From Hwanghaeella sp. (GTDB lineage Bacteria > Pseudomonadota > Alphaproteobacteria > UBA8366 > Aestuariispiraceae), in the NCBI GenBank assembly GCA_028282025.1, contig JANQIT010000153.1, positions 4,570 to 68,569 of the forward strand: a stretch of 64,000 nt of DNA, written 5' to 3'. Shown here piece by piece: positions 55,782 to 64,000 of the stretch. The notes beneath the pieces were generated by a model that saw nothing but the letters and a program-made list of their open reading frames with translations, did no database searches and was not told the DNA's origin. The translations under genes and the position numbers were made by a program. Each line of letters begins with the position of its first letter. Positions within the stretch are counted from its first letter, which is position 1.

Positions 55782-55815
55782 TGTCAATTTTGATTTACGT
55801 AATTTTTAGATGACG
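55782..55815. promoter_or_regulatory. Overlapping imperfect PpsR-like sites upstream of bchF
   Basis: TGTCAATTTTGATTTACG (55782-99) and CGTAATTTTTAGATGACG (55798-815). Confidence 0.55.
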
Positions 55816-56207
55816 TTTTTTCTTTTTGCCGCTATGCTTCCTGATTGTGGGAAGGACCGTGATCTTGGTCGGGCGCTCCTCGTGGAGCCATGGGACCGTT
55901 TTGACCACCTTCTGAATAGTGGATGAGGCCAGAACACATATCCGGGTACAGAAAGGCAAAATTCCTCAATTGTTGGACTCGGTATTTGGATAGGAATGTG
56001 TTTTAATTGAGCGCAAAGGATCGATGCGTGAATTTCGGTCGGTCAGATTTTGGTTGGCGAAGACCCATAGATTTTACCCATATACGTTTTGTGGGTATTG
56101 CGCCGGCAGCTTTCCTTCAAAGTTCGTTCTTTGACCGACTCGATGACGCCCCGGTGAATGAGGGTGCTCGATCCGTTCAACGGCCGTAGTGCCGAGGGGA
56201 GGGTTCA

Positions 56208-57098
56208 ATGCCAGATCAATCTTTTCGTGACGAAATCCCTGGCGGTCCATCGTCTGCTTCCCGGTTTCCAGGTGTTCAAGGAACGCGACTTCAAAACGGC
56301 AGACAGTTTGGCGGGAGCGCGCCAGCTACAGATCACGCTGCGTTACAGCGTGTGGTCGAAGCGGAGATTTTGCCGCGTCTCTTAATCGCTCATTCACCTG
56401 CGAAGGTTCAGTATCCTCAAAACAATCCCGCCCGTCCCCTTGGGCAGATTGATTTATCGCTCGTTGAGCAACTCGCAGATCTGCTGCTCCGCCAGGATAT
56501 CGCCGGATCCCGTGCCATCGTGGTTGGCATGTTGAATAAAGGCGCGAGTATCGAAGATGTTCTTCTGACGCTTATGGCGCCCTGCGCCCATTTGCTAGGA
56601 GAGTATTGGAGCTCCGATAAATCTGACTTCCTTGCTGTGACACTCGGTGTTGCGCAGCTTCAAACACTGATGCGAGAGATCTGCCATGGTGCGACTACGG
56701 CGAGACTGGCAAAGGCCGCTGACCGGCGGTCGGTCCTTCTGGCGTCACCCGCCGAAGAGCAGCACACTTTTGGCGTCTTTCTTTTGGAGGAGATGTTTCG
56801 TCGTGCGGGTTGGCACGTGGTCACATGCGTCACGGCAACGCCGGACGATCTGGCAGAAATGGCGGTGGCCCAAAAATTCTCCGTCGTTGGATTTTCCGTT
56901 TGCAGATCGGATTTGATAGATCAAGTTGTTGATGGTATCGACGCTGTACGTACCCATTCACGTAATGGGGACATAAAGGTTTTGGTTGGGGGAAATTGTT
57001 TTCTGCAAGGGACTCTGGATGTACGGACTGTCGGCGCAGATGGGGCGGCGGCAGACGGTCTGGGTGCCGTTATGGTCGCCAACCGTATGGCGGCCTAG
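56208..57098 (+). CDS. aerR: Cobalamin-binding antirepressor AerR/PpaA
   Basis: EILPRL, LG..W..D..DF..VT.G...LQ, EQHTFG B12 motif, GFS, LVGG; upstream of ppsR. Confidence 0.9.
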   Translation: MPDQSFRDEIPGGPSSASRFPGVQGTRLQNGRQFGGSAPATDHAALQRVVEAEILPRLLIAHSPAKVQYPQNNPARPLGQIDLSLVEQLADLLLRQDIAGSRAIVVGMLNKGASIEDVLLTLMAPCAHLLGEYWSSDKSDFLAVTLGVAQLQTLMREICHGATTARLAKAADRRSVLLASPAEEQHTFGVFLLEEMFRRAGWHVVTCVTATPDDLAEMAVAQKFSVVGFSVCRSDLIDQVVDGIDAVRTHSRNGDIKVLVGGNCFLQGTLDVRTVGADGAAADGLGAVMVANRMAA

Positions 57099-57136
57099 GG
57101 AATCGCGAGTTTCTGTCTTGGATAAGCGGAACGTAA

Positions 57137-58576
57137 ATGAGTCGGAAAATGAAGACCTCGCGTGCCAGCGCAAAGAGAGGCGAATTTCTCGCGGAAATGC
57201 CCCCGTCAACGCAACTGGCATCTTCGCAAGTCGACTCGCTGATCGCCCAGATCTCAGACATTGCCCTCGTTCTTGATGAAAAAGGCACAATCTGTGACGC
57301 GTCCGTCGGCAGTGACGATCTGATGGACTTGGCCCAAGACGGGCTGCTCGGAAAATCCTGGTTCGATGTGGTGACGGAGGAATCCCATCCCAAGCTGACG
57401 GACCTGCTGGTTGCCAATGATACCGACCCAACCGCACGCTGGCGTCAGGTCACGCACCGCCGCGAAAATGGATCGGACGTCCCGGTAAAATATGCCTCGA
57501 TTAAGCTTGGCGCGAATGGCCATGTCCTTGCTGTTGGCAAGAACATGCAAGCGATCGCCGAGATGCAGCAGAATCTTGTGCAGACGCAGCTGATGATGGA
57601 GCGCGAATACGCGCGCATGCAGGGCACGGAAAATCTATTCCGCCTGTTGTTTCAACTGTCGTCGGAAGCGATCGTTGTCGTAGAGACGGTAGGAAAGACG
57701 GTTGTCGAGGCGAATTCCGTTGCGGGCAAGTGCCTCGGTATGGATCCGAAGGACATTGTCGGCTCGAACATCGCCCAAGCGTTTGCCAGCGAATGTCGGG
57801 ATGCGTTGCAGGCGCTGCTCTCGGATGTTGCGGGAAATGTGGATCATGCACCGGTTTCCTTAACATCCAATCATGGATCCGTAACCTTTTGGGTCTCCGG
57901 GTCGCCGTTTCGGCACGCCGGTAAGGTTTTTCTGATTCTTCGATTAGAGGCCGCGGACAACAGAGCGCCCGCTCTTGACGATTCTTCCCACTCTCTGACC
58001 GAGAATGTCATAGACGCTCTGAGAATTGCTTTTGTCATCACCGATCAGAGCGGTGAGGTCCTTCGGGCAAATGATGCGTTTTTGGATATGATCCAGGCCG
58101 CCAGCGAGGATCAGATTGTGGGTCGACGGTTGAGCCGTTGGCTGGGACGGTCGTCGGTCGACTTCAGCGTCATACTTGCAAACCTCAAAGAACACGAATT
58201 GCTGCAGCAGTTTTCGACGAGTGTTCGCAATCAATTCGATATCGCCTTTGACGTCACTCTGTCTGCCGTTTCTGTTCCGGAAGGGGAGCAACCCTGTATC
58301 GGGTTCATTATTCAGAATGACCGCTCGCGAGAACTATCCTTCTCCTTCTCAAGCAGTGCATTGCCGGAACCTGCCGGGAATTTGACTGAACTAGTCGGGC
58401 GGGTCCCGATGAAGGATATTGTCAGTGAGACGACAGATATCATCGAAAAGCTCTGCATTGAGGCTGCGTTGGAACTCACGGGGAACAACCGTGCCTCAGC
58501 TGCCGAGATCCTTGGGCTCAGCCGTCAGAGTCTGTACGTGAAGCTGCGCCGTTTTGGCATGGGCGACCGGACTTAA
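57137..58576 (+). CDS. ppsR: Transcriptional repressor PpsR/CrtJ
   Basis: Three PAS domains, Q-linker (QQNLVQTQ..MEREY), Fis-type HTH with redox Cys (IEKLCIEAALELTGNNRASAAEILGLSRQSLYVKL). Confidence 0.96.
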   Translation: MSRKMKTSRASAKRGEFLAEMPPSTQLASSQVDSLIAQISDIALVLDEKGTICDASVGSDDLMDLAQDGLLGKSWFDVVTEESHPKLTDLLVANDTDPTARWRQVTHRRENGSDVPVKYASIKLGANGHVLAVGKNMQAIAEMQQNLVQTQLMMEREYARMQGTENLFRLLFQLSSEAIVVVETVGKTVVEANSVAGKCLGMDPKDIVGSNIAQAFASECRDALQALLSDVAGNVDHAPVSLTSNHGSVTFWVSGSPFRHAGKVFLILRLEAADNRAPALDDSSHSLTENVIDALRIAFVITDQSGEVLRANDAFLDMIQAASEDQIVGRRLSRWLGRSSVDFSVILANLKEHELLQQFSTSVRNQFDIAFDVTLSAVSVPEGEQPCIGFIIQNDRSRELSFSFSSSALPEPAGNLTELVGRVPMKDIVSETTDIIEKLCIEAALELTGNNRASAAEILGLSRQSLYVKLRRFGMGDRT

Positions 58577-58670
58577 CTGCCTAATATTTCAGCATGAAAT
58601 CAAGACTTTAGTGCCTTTCAATGGATTGCAAATGCATCTGTAGAAAGCTGCCCGTTTTGTACACCAAATG

Positions 58671-58688
58671 TGTCATGTTTAATTGACA
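58671..58688. promoter_or_regulatory. PpsR palindrome upstream of bchG
   Basis: TGTCATGTTTAATTGACA. Confidence 0.85.
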
Positions 58689-58717
58689 GTATGAGTTGTC
58701 AATTGTAGCATTTCTAT

Positions 58718-59629
58718 ATGGTGCATCATGTCGATCAGGCCGCTCGAACAGAGCTTCCGTCGCTCTCCGCCTCGGTGGAGTTGCTAAAGCCCATCACCTG
58801 GTTTCCGCCGATGTGGGCATTTGCCTGCGGTGTCGTTTCTTCAGGTGTGTCGGTTCTTGAGAATTGGAATCTACTTGTGCTGGGGGTTCTGCTGGCCGGC
58901 CCGCTGGTATGCGGTATGAGCCAAGCGGTAAACGACTGGTTTGACCGGCATGTCGATGCAATCAATGAACCGCATCGCCCAATTCCGTCCGGTCGCGTTC
59001 CCGGCCGTTGGGGCCTGTACATCGCGATCATTTGGACGGTCTTGTCCCTGATCGTTGCCTTGACGTTGGGCATTTGGGTCTTCATCGCGGCGTGCGTTGG
59101 TTGTCTCCTCGCGTGGGCGTACAGCGCGCCGCCCGCCCGGCTCAAACGAAACGGCTGGTGGGGGAATGCCGCGGTCGGCGGATGTTACGAGGGCCTTCCA
59201 TGGTTCACGGGTGCCGCGGCAATGGCGGCCGCGCTGCCGGAAACGAACGTCCTCTACGTTTGTCTACTCTATAGCATCGGCGCCCATGGGATCATGACGC
59301 TGAACGACTTCAAAGCCATGGATGGCGACCGTGCCTTGGGCATTCGCAGTTTGCCGGTAATGCTTGGGGCGGCGTCGGCTGCGCGGCTCGCCTGCTGGTT
59401 AATGGCAGTGCCGCAAGCGGCCGTCGTGCTCTTGCTGTTCCTGCTGGGATTGGAAGTTTACGCAATGATTGTTTTGACGTCACTTGCAGCGCAGATGGTG
59501 CTAATGCGCCGCCTGCTACGTGATCCGCGTGCCCTGGCGCCTTGGTACAACGCGACGGGGGTCACGCTTTTCGTCAGTGGGATGATGGTCACAGCGGTAG
59601 CGCTGCGGACGTCAGTGGGGGGCATATAG
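58718..59629 (+). CDS. bchG: Bacteriochlorophyll synthase
   Basis: LLKPITWFPPMWAF, NDWFDRHVDAINEP.RPIPSGR, AHGIMTLNDFK. Confidence 0.97.
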   Translation: MVHHVDQAARTELPSLSASVELLKPITWFPPMWAFACGVVSSGVSVLENWNLLVLGVLLAGPLVCGMSQAVNDWFDRHVDAINEPHRPIPSGRVPGRWGLYIAIIWTVLSLIVALTLGIWVFIAACVGCLLAWAYSAPPARLKRNGWWGNAAVGGCYEGLPWFTGAAAMAAALPETNVLYVCLLYSIGAHGIMTLNDFKAMDGDRALGIRSLPVMLGAASAARLACWLMAVPQAAVVLLLFLLGLEVYAMIVLTSLAAQMVLMRRLLRDPRALAPWYNATGVTLFVSGMMVTAVALRTSVGGI

Positions 59630-59631
59630 AC

Positions 59632-60948
59632 ATGAGCAAAACGTTCGGATGGATCGACATTGTTCGATGCGGCCTGGTCCAGGCAGCGATCGGCGCCGTC
59701 GTCGTACTCACAACATCGACGTACAATCGGGTCATGGTCGTCGAACTGGCTTTGCCGGCAATGGTGCCGGGTGCTTTGGTCGCTTTGCACTACGCGGTGC
59801 AACTTTCCCGGCCGCGGTGGGGGCATGGCTCTGACATTGGCAACCGCCGGACACCATGGGTACTGGGTGGTGTCTGCGTGTTGGCCATTGGTGCTGTCCT
59901 GGCCGCGTTCGCGACGATCTGGATGGAGACGCAGCGCGACACTGGGCTGGCTCTGGCGGTCTTCGCCTACTTGCTGATCGGTGTCGGCGTCGGGGCGTCT
60001 GGAACCTCACTCTTGGCCCTTCTTGCCACGCATGTTGATCCGGGGCGCCGTGCCGCGGCTGCGACGATCACCTGGTTGATGATGATCTTCGGTATTGCCG
60101 TCACCGCGACCCTTGCCGGTCAGATGCTGGATCCGTTTGGTCCGCAGCGATTGATCGCGGTTGCGGGGTGCATCGGCCTCATCGCCTGCATGCTAACTTT
60201 CGCTGCCACCTGGCGGTTGGAGCGTAATTTGGGCAGGGCTGCCGAGACGGATGCAAAGCCAAAAGTTCGGGAATTCCGTGCGGCGCTCGCTCAAGTCTGG
60301 CAGGACAACGAGGCGCGCCGTTTCACGATCTTCGTCTTTATGTCGATGCTCGCGTACAATACGCAGGATCTCATACTTGAACCATTCGCAGGCCTTGTCT
60401 TCGGCATGACGCCCGGTGAGTCCACGAAGCTGGCCGGGACGCAGCACGGTGGCGTCTTCACAGGCATGGTTGTCGTTGCCCTCGCGAACAGCGGGCCGTT
60501 GCGTCGCTACTTCGGGTCGTTGCGTGGATGGACCGTCATGGGTTGCGTGGGCTCCGGCGTCATGATGGTGTCGTTGGCACTCTCAGGTGCGTTCGTCGGC
60601 AGCTTCCCGCTGGTGCCGGCGGTCTTCATGCTCGGTTTTGCAAACGGCGCCTTCGCTGTCGCGGCCATTGCCTCGATGATGAAACTCGCAGGTGCTGGAA
60701 ACGGGGCCAGCGAAGGTATTCGAATTGGCGTTTGGGGGGCGGCACAAGCCATCGCCTTCGGCGTCGGTGGGTTCATGGGAACCGTGCTGGTCGATCTTTT
60801 CCGCGCGCTGTTTGGCGCACCCGAGATTGCATACGGCGGTGTCTTTGCTTTCGAAGCGGCGCTGTTCCTAGTGTCGGCGATACTGGCGGTGCGGATTCGC
60901 GTGACTGAAAACCCGCCGCCTGCGATGCAACCCGCTCCGGCGGAATAG
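59632..60948 (+). CDS. PucC/BCD-family MFS transporter (bch2/orf428 type)
   Basis: NRVMVVELALPA, RPRWGHGSD..RRTPW, QDLILEPFAG; between bchG and bchP. Confidence 0.9.
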   Translation: MSKTFGWIDIVRCGLVQAAIGAVVVLTTSTYNRVMVVELALPAMVPGALVALHYAVQLSRPRWGHGSDIGNRRTPWVLGGVCVLAIGAVLAAFATIWMETQRDTGLALAVFAYLLIGVGVGASGTSLLALLATHVDPGRRAAAATITWLMMIFGIAVTATLAGQMLDPFGPQRLIAVAGCIGLIACMLTFAATWRLERNLGRAAETDAKPKVREFRAALAQVWQDNEARRFTIFVFMSMLAYNTQDLILEPFAGLVFGMTPGESTKLAGTQHGGVFTGMVVVALANSGPLRRYFGSLRGWTVMGCVGSGVMMVSLALSGAFVGSFPLVPAVFMLGFANGAFAVAAIASMMKLAGAGNGASEGIRIGVWGAAQAIAFGVGGFMGTVLVDLFRALFGAPEIAYGGVFAFEAALFLVSAILAVRIRVTENPPPAMQPAPAE

Positions 60949-60977
60949 AGCTGGGATTATTCTGGAAAGGCAGACAG

Positions 60978-62183
60978 ATGACCTCGATCGAGACTTTTGA
61001 TGCGGTGGTTGTAGGCGGCGGGCCGTCCGGGGCGACGGCGGCCGACGATTTAGCCCGGGACGGGTGGTCGGTTCTACTGCTGGACCGGGATGGCCGGATT
61101 AAACCGTGCGGCGGCGCGATACCGCCCAGGCTCGTACGCGACTTCATGATCCCAGATAGTCAGATTGTTGCGAGAGTTCGATCCGCGCGGATCATATCCC
61201 CGTCGGACCGGGAAGTGGACATGCCGATCGACGGTGACGGTTATGTGGCAATGGTCGACCGCGAGCACTTCGACGAATGGCTCAGAGAGCGTGCCGAGAT
61301 TTCCGGTGCGCGCCGTGTTAAGGGCACCTTTGTAGAGATCCAGCGCGATGACGATGGCATGGCCATGGTGGCCTTTCGTGTAAAGGGAGACGGTAAGTCC
61401 GCCCCATTGCAGCGCGTCCGCGCCCGCCTTGTGATCGGGGCCGATGGCGCGCGATCAAGCGTTGCCGAACAAGAGATCGGCGCGAAAAGAGTTCCCTGTG
61501 TGTTTGCTTATCATGAGATCATTGAGTCTCCGAAACCGGGCGCGGCGAAGTTCGATGGTGAGCGATGTGACGTTTACTATAACGGAAAAATGTCACCCGA
61601 CTTTTACTCCTGGGTATTTCCGCACGGCGAGCAGACGAGCATTGGTACGGGAAGTGCTGAGAAAGGATTCTCTCTGCGGCAAGCCGTCGGGGCCTTGCGC
61701 GCCGAAAGCGGTATGGATGATTGCGAAACGATCCGGTGCGAGGGCGCGCCGATCCCAATGAAGCCATTGAAGAAATGGGATAACGGTCGGGACGTGGTTG
61801 TGGTGGGCGATGCTGCCGGGGTGGTGGCCCCGGCGTCGGGCGAGGGGATATACTATGCCATGGCATGCGGCCGGATGGCTGCCGAGACAGCGGCGCAGTT
61901 CCTGAGTACGGGCGACGTCCGGGCGCTTGCCGACCTGCGCCGGAATTTCCTGAAGCAGCACGGCCGTGTGTTCTGGGTTCTTGGACTATTACAGAAATTC
62001 TGGTACTCGAACGACAAGCGGCGCGAACGTTTCGTATCGATGTGTAAGGACCCGGATGTCCAGCGGCTTACATGGCAGTCCTACATGAACAAGGAGCTTG
62101 TTCGCCGCGATCCATTCGCCCATGTCAAAGTGTTCTTCAAGGACCTTGCGCATTTGATGGGATTGGTGTCTGCGAAAAGCTAG
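60978..62183 (+). CDS. bchP: Geranylgeranyl reductase
   Basis: VVGGGPSGATAA, RIKPCGGAIPP, SPDFY.WVFP, GDAAG.V...SGEGIYYAM. Confidence 0.97.
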   Translation: MTSIETFDAVVVGGGPSGATAADDLARDGWSVLLLDRDGRIKPCGGAIPPRLVRDFMIPDSQIVARVRSARIISPSDREVDMPIDGDGYVAMVDREHFDEWLRERAEISGARRVKGTFVEIQRDDDGMAMVAFRVKGDGKSAPLQRVRARLVIGADGARSSVAEQEIGAKRVPCVFAYHEIIESPKPGAAKFDGERCDVYYNGKMSPDFYSWVFPHGEQTSIGTGSAEKGFSLRQAVGALRAESGMDDCETIRCEGAPIPMKPLKKWDNGRDVVVVGDAAGVVAPASGEGIYYAMACGRMAAETAAQFLSTGDVRALADLRRNFLKQHGRVFWVLGLLQKFWYSNDKRRERFVSMCKDPDVQRLTWQSYMNKELVRRDPFAHVKVFFKDLAHLMGLVSAKS

Positions 62184-62312
62184 CTGGCGGCCGGCTTCGA
62201 CGGAAATGGGGGCGTGCGTCTGCGCCATTGGGACGCCGCCGCGTGCCGCTGGTTCTCTTCACGAGTATGACCCGATTGGTCTCCCTCGAGCGCTGTCGAT
62301 AGGTGCAGCCAT

Positions 62313-62570
62313 ATGAATCCCGAGATCCTCCAATGGATAGTAGACGGTATTATAGCGCTCATCGTGTTAGAGGCGGTCTATCTCTTTGCCCGGTTCAAAC
62401 GCGGTACCGGCTTGGCGCCAATCAATTGGCTACCAAGCTTGATTTCTGGGGTATTCTTGCTCCTGGCGATGCGCGCGATGTTAGTCGAGGCTAATCTGTA
62501 CTACGCCATTCTAATGCTGCTGGCAGCCGGCCTGGCGCATTTGGTCCAATTCATGAAAGCACGGGGGTAG
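62313..62570 (+). CDS. Small three-TM membrane protein of unknown function
   Basis: 85 aa, three hydrophobic segments, ending AAGLAHLVQF; between bchP and dxs. Confidence 0.7.
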   Translation: MNPEILQWIVDGIIALIVLEAVYLFARFKRGTGLAPINWLPSLISGVFLLLAMRAMLVEANLYYAILMLLAAGLAHLVQFMKARG

Positions 62571-62649
62571 GGTCGCCGGCCCCGCTGCTCGCTGCAATGT
62601 ACAAGCTAGCGGGTAGAAGGGGTTACACGACGTGCGGCGAGAATTCCGG

Positions 62650-63999
62650 CTAGTGGGCGGCAACCTGATGAATTAGGCCCATGGCTTCATCATCATCCTG
62701 GTAGAAGGAAGCATGTCCGTTTCTATGGAGATTGCTTCTTGGAAACCGTGTGGCGACGCAATCCAATATGGCGTGATAGTCCAATCCAGCCATTGCCACT
62801 TGGGCGGTCTGGTCCGCATGCTCGATAAAACGGTCGGGCAAGTGCATGAAGGCCAAGCGCCGCGTATCGACCGAGATTTTCTGCCGGGCGATGGAGTCCA
62901 TGACTTGCGTCGCGAAGCCGCCGACCGATCCTTCTTCCAACGTCACCGTAAGCGCGTGATTGGTGACGAGATCACGGACCAACTCATCGTCGATCGGTTT
63001 CGAAAAGCGCGCGTCCGCCACCGTGGTGGATAGGCCATAGTCGGCGAGTTTTTCGGCCGCGATCAACGCATCCTGCAGTCGGGTGCCGTATGAGAGAATT
63101 GCGATGGTGTCGCCCTCTTGCAGAACACGGCCCTTGCCTAGGCCAAGCGCCATCGGGTTTTCGGGAACGGCCACGCCTGTTGCTGCTCCGCGAGGGTAGC
63201 GTACCGCGCTGGGACAATCATCAATCAACCGCGCCGTTTCAACTGCGTGGCTCAACTCCGCTTCATCCGACGGTGCCATTAGAACGAACCTTGGAAGGCA
63301 GCCCAGATACGCGATGTCGTAGGAGCCTTGGTGCGTAACGCCGTCGGCTCCGACCATGCCGGCGCGGTCCAACATGAAACGTACCGGTAGCTGCTGGATA
63401 CCGACGTCGTGGACGATTTGGTCGTAGGCCCTCTGCAAGAATGTCGAGTAGATCGCCGCGAAGGGTTTGAAGCCTTCGCACGCCAGCCCCGCGCAGAACG
63501 TTATTGCGTGTTGCTCCGCGATGCCCGCATCAAAGCACCGATCCGGAAACGCCTCGCCGAATTTGTCTAATCCCGTCCCGGACGGCATGGCGGCTGTCAC
63601 TGCCACCACCGATTCATCTTTCTCGGCGGCTGAAATCAAGCTGTTTGCGAAGACACTGGTGTAACTCGGTGCTTTCCCCTTCGACTTGTTTTGGACGCCT
63701 GTCTCGACATCGAAGCTGGAGACGCCGTGATACTTGCATCCCGATTTCATCGCAGGCTCGTAGCCTTTGCCCTTTTCCGTGATCACATGGATGAGGAGCG
63801 GGCCGGTGCGGTGATCCTTAGCCTTCTTGAAAACCGCCACAAGTTCGTCGAGGTTGTGCCCGTCGAATGGGCCCGCATAGGTGACGCCTAGATCATCGAA
63901 CAGCGTCGGTCCGTCGGCGAATGACGGCAAGCCGGGTGTCGCCTCAAGCGCTGCAAGTCTGTCTTCTTCATCTGGCAGTTGCTCGCGCAAATCCGTCAA
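62650..63999 (-). CDS. dxs: 1-deoxy-D-xylulose-5-phosphate synthase (5' part outside the window)
   Basis: GPFDGH, TEKGKGY, AAMPSGTGL, GIAEQHA, IYSTFLQRAYDQ, DRAG, RYPRG, DARF.KP. Confidence 0.96.
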   Translation of the reverse strand: MTDLREQLPDEEDRLAALEATPGLPSFADGPTLFDDLGVTYAGPFDGHNLDELVAVFKKAKDHRTGPLLIHVITEKGKGYEPAMKSGCKYHGVSSFDVETGVQNKSKGKAPSYTSVFANSLISAAEKDESVVAVTAAMPSGTGLDKFGEAFPDRCFDAGIAEQHAITFCAGLACEGFKPFAAIYSTFLQRAYDQIVHDVGIQQLPVRFMLDRAGMVGADGVTHQGSYDIAYLGCLPRFVLMAPSDEAELSHAVETARLIDDCPSAVRYPRGAATGVAVPENPMALGLGKGRVLQEGDTIAILSYGTRLQDALIAAEKLADYGLSTTVADARFSKPIDDELVRDLVTNHALTVTLEEGSVGGFATQVMDSIARQKISVDTRRLAFMHLPDRFIEHADQTAQVAMAGLDYHAILDCVATRFPRSNLHRNGHASFYQDDDEAMGLIHQVAAH

Positions 64000-64000
64000 G

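Noticed and set aside
55820-56207. Cobalamin riboswitch upstream of aerR
   Set aside because: Conserved B12-box elements not seen

Overview
Alphaproteobacterial chromosome segment in three parts. (1) 1-8.3 kb: two tandem FecI/FecR/TonB-dependent-transducer cell-surface signalling cassettes. Each has its own repeated ECF promoter motif, and there are Fur-like boxes. (2) 8.7-16.7 kb: accessory block with a VOC-family gene, a five-gene ynbABCD-like plus acyltransferase lipid cluster, a DUF2971-type gene and an att-site/tRNA-3'-end-like relic. (3) 16.7-64 kb: a nearly complete type-II anoxygenic photosynthesis gene cluster (PGC): P450-crtA | bchIDO-crtIB-tspO-sORF | crtDC | crtEF-bchCXYZ-pufQBALMC | idi-hemA-puhE-acsF-bciE-puhCBA-lhaA-bchMLHBNF | aerR-ppsR-bchG-bch2-bchP-orf | dxs (runs off the window). 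The PGC has acsF+bciE but no bchE/bchJ, puc or pufX in the window, which fits an aerobic anoxygenic phototroph with BChl a and a tetraheme RC cytochrome. Most notable: a cytochrome P450 translationally coupled to crtA behind a PpsR palindrome (possible new carotenoid-tailoring step); an unannotated 48-aa membrane protein coupled to tspO; a very short, mosaic-looking LH1 alpha missed by the ORF track; cassette-specific ECF promoter pairs; and a triple PpsR array before bchC. All calls come from motifs and gene context read by eye; no database searches were run.
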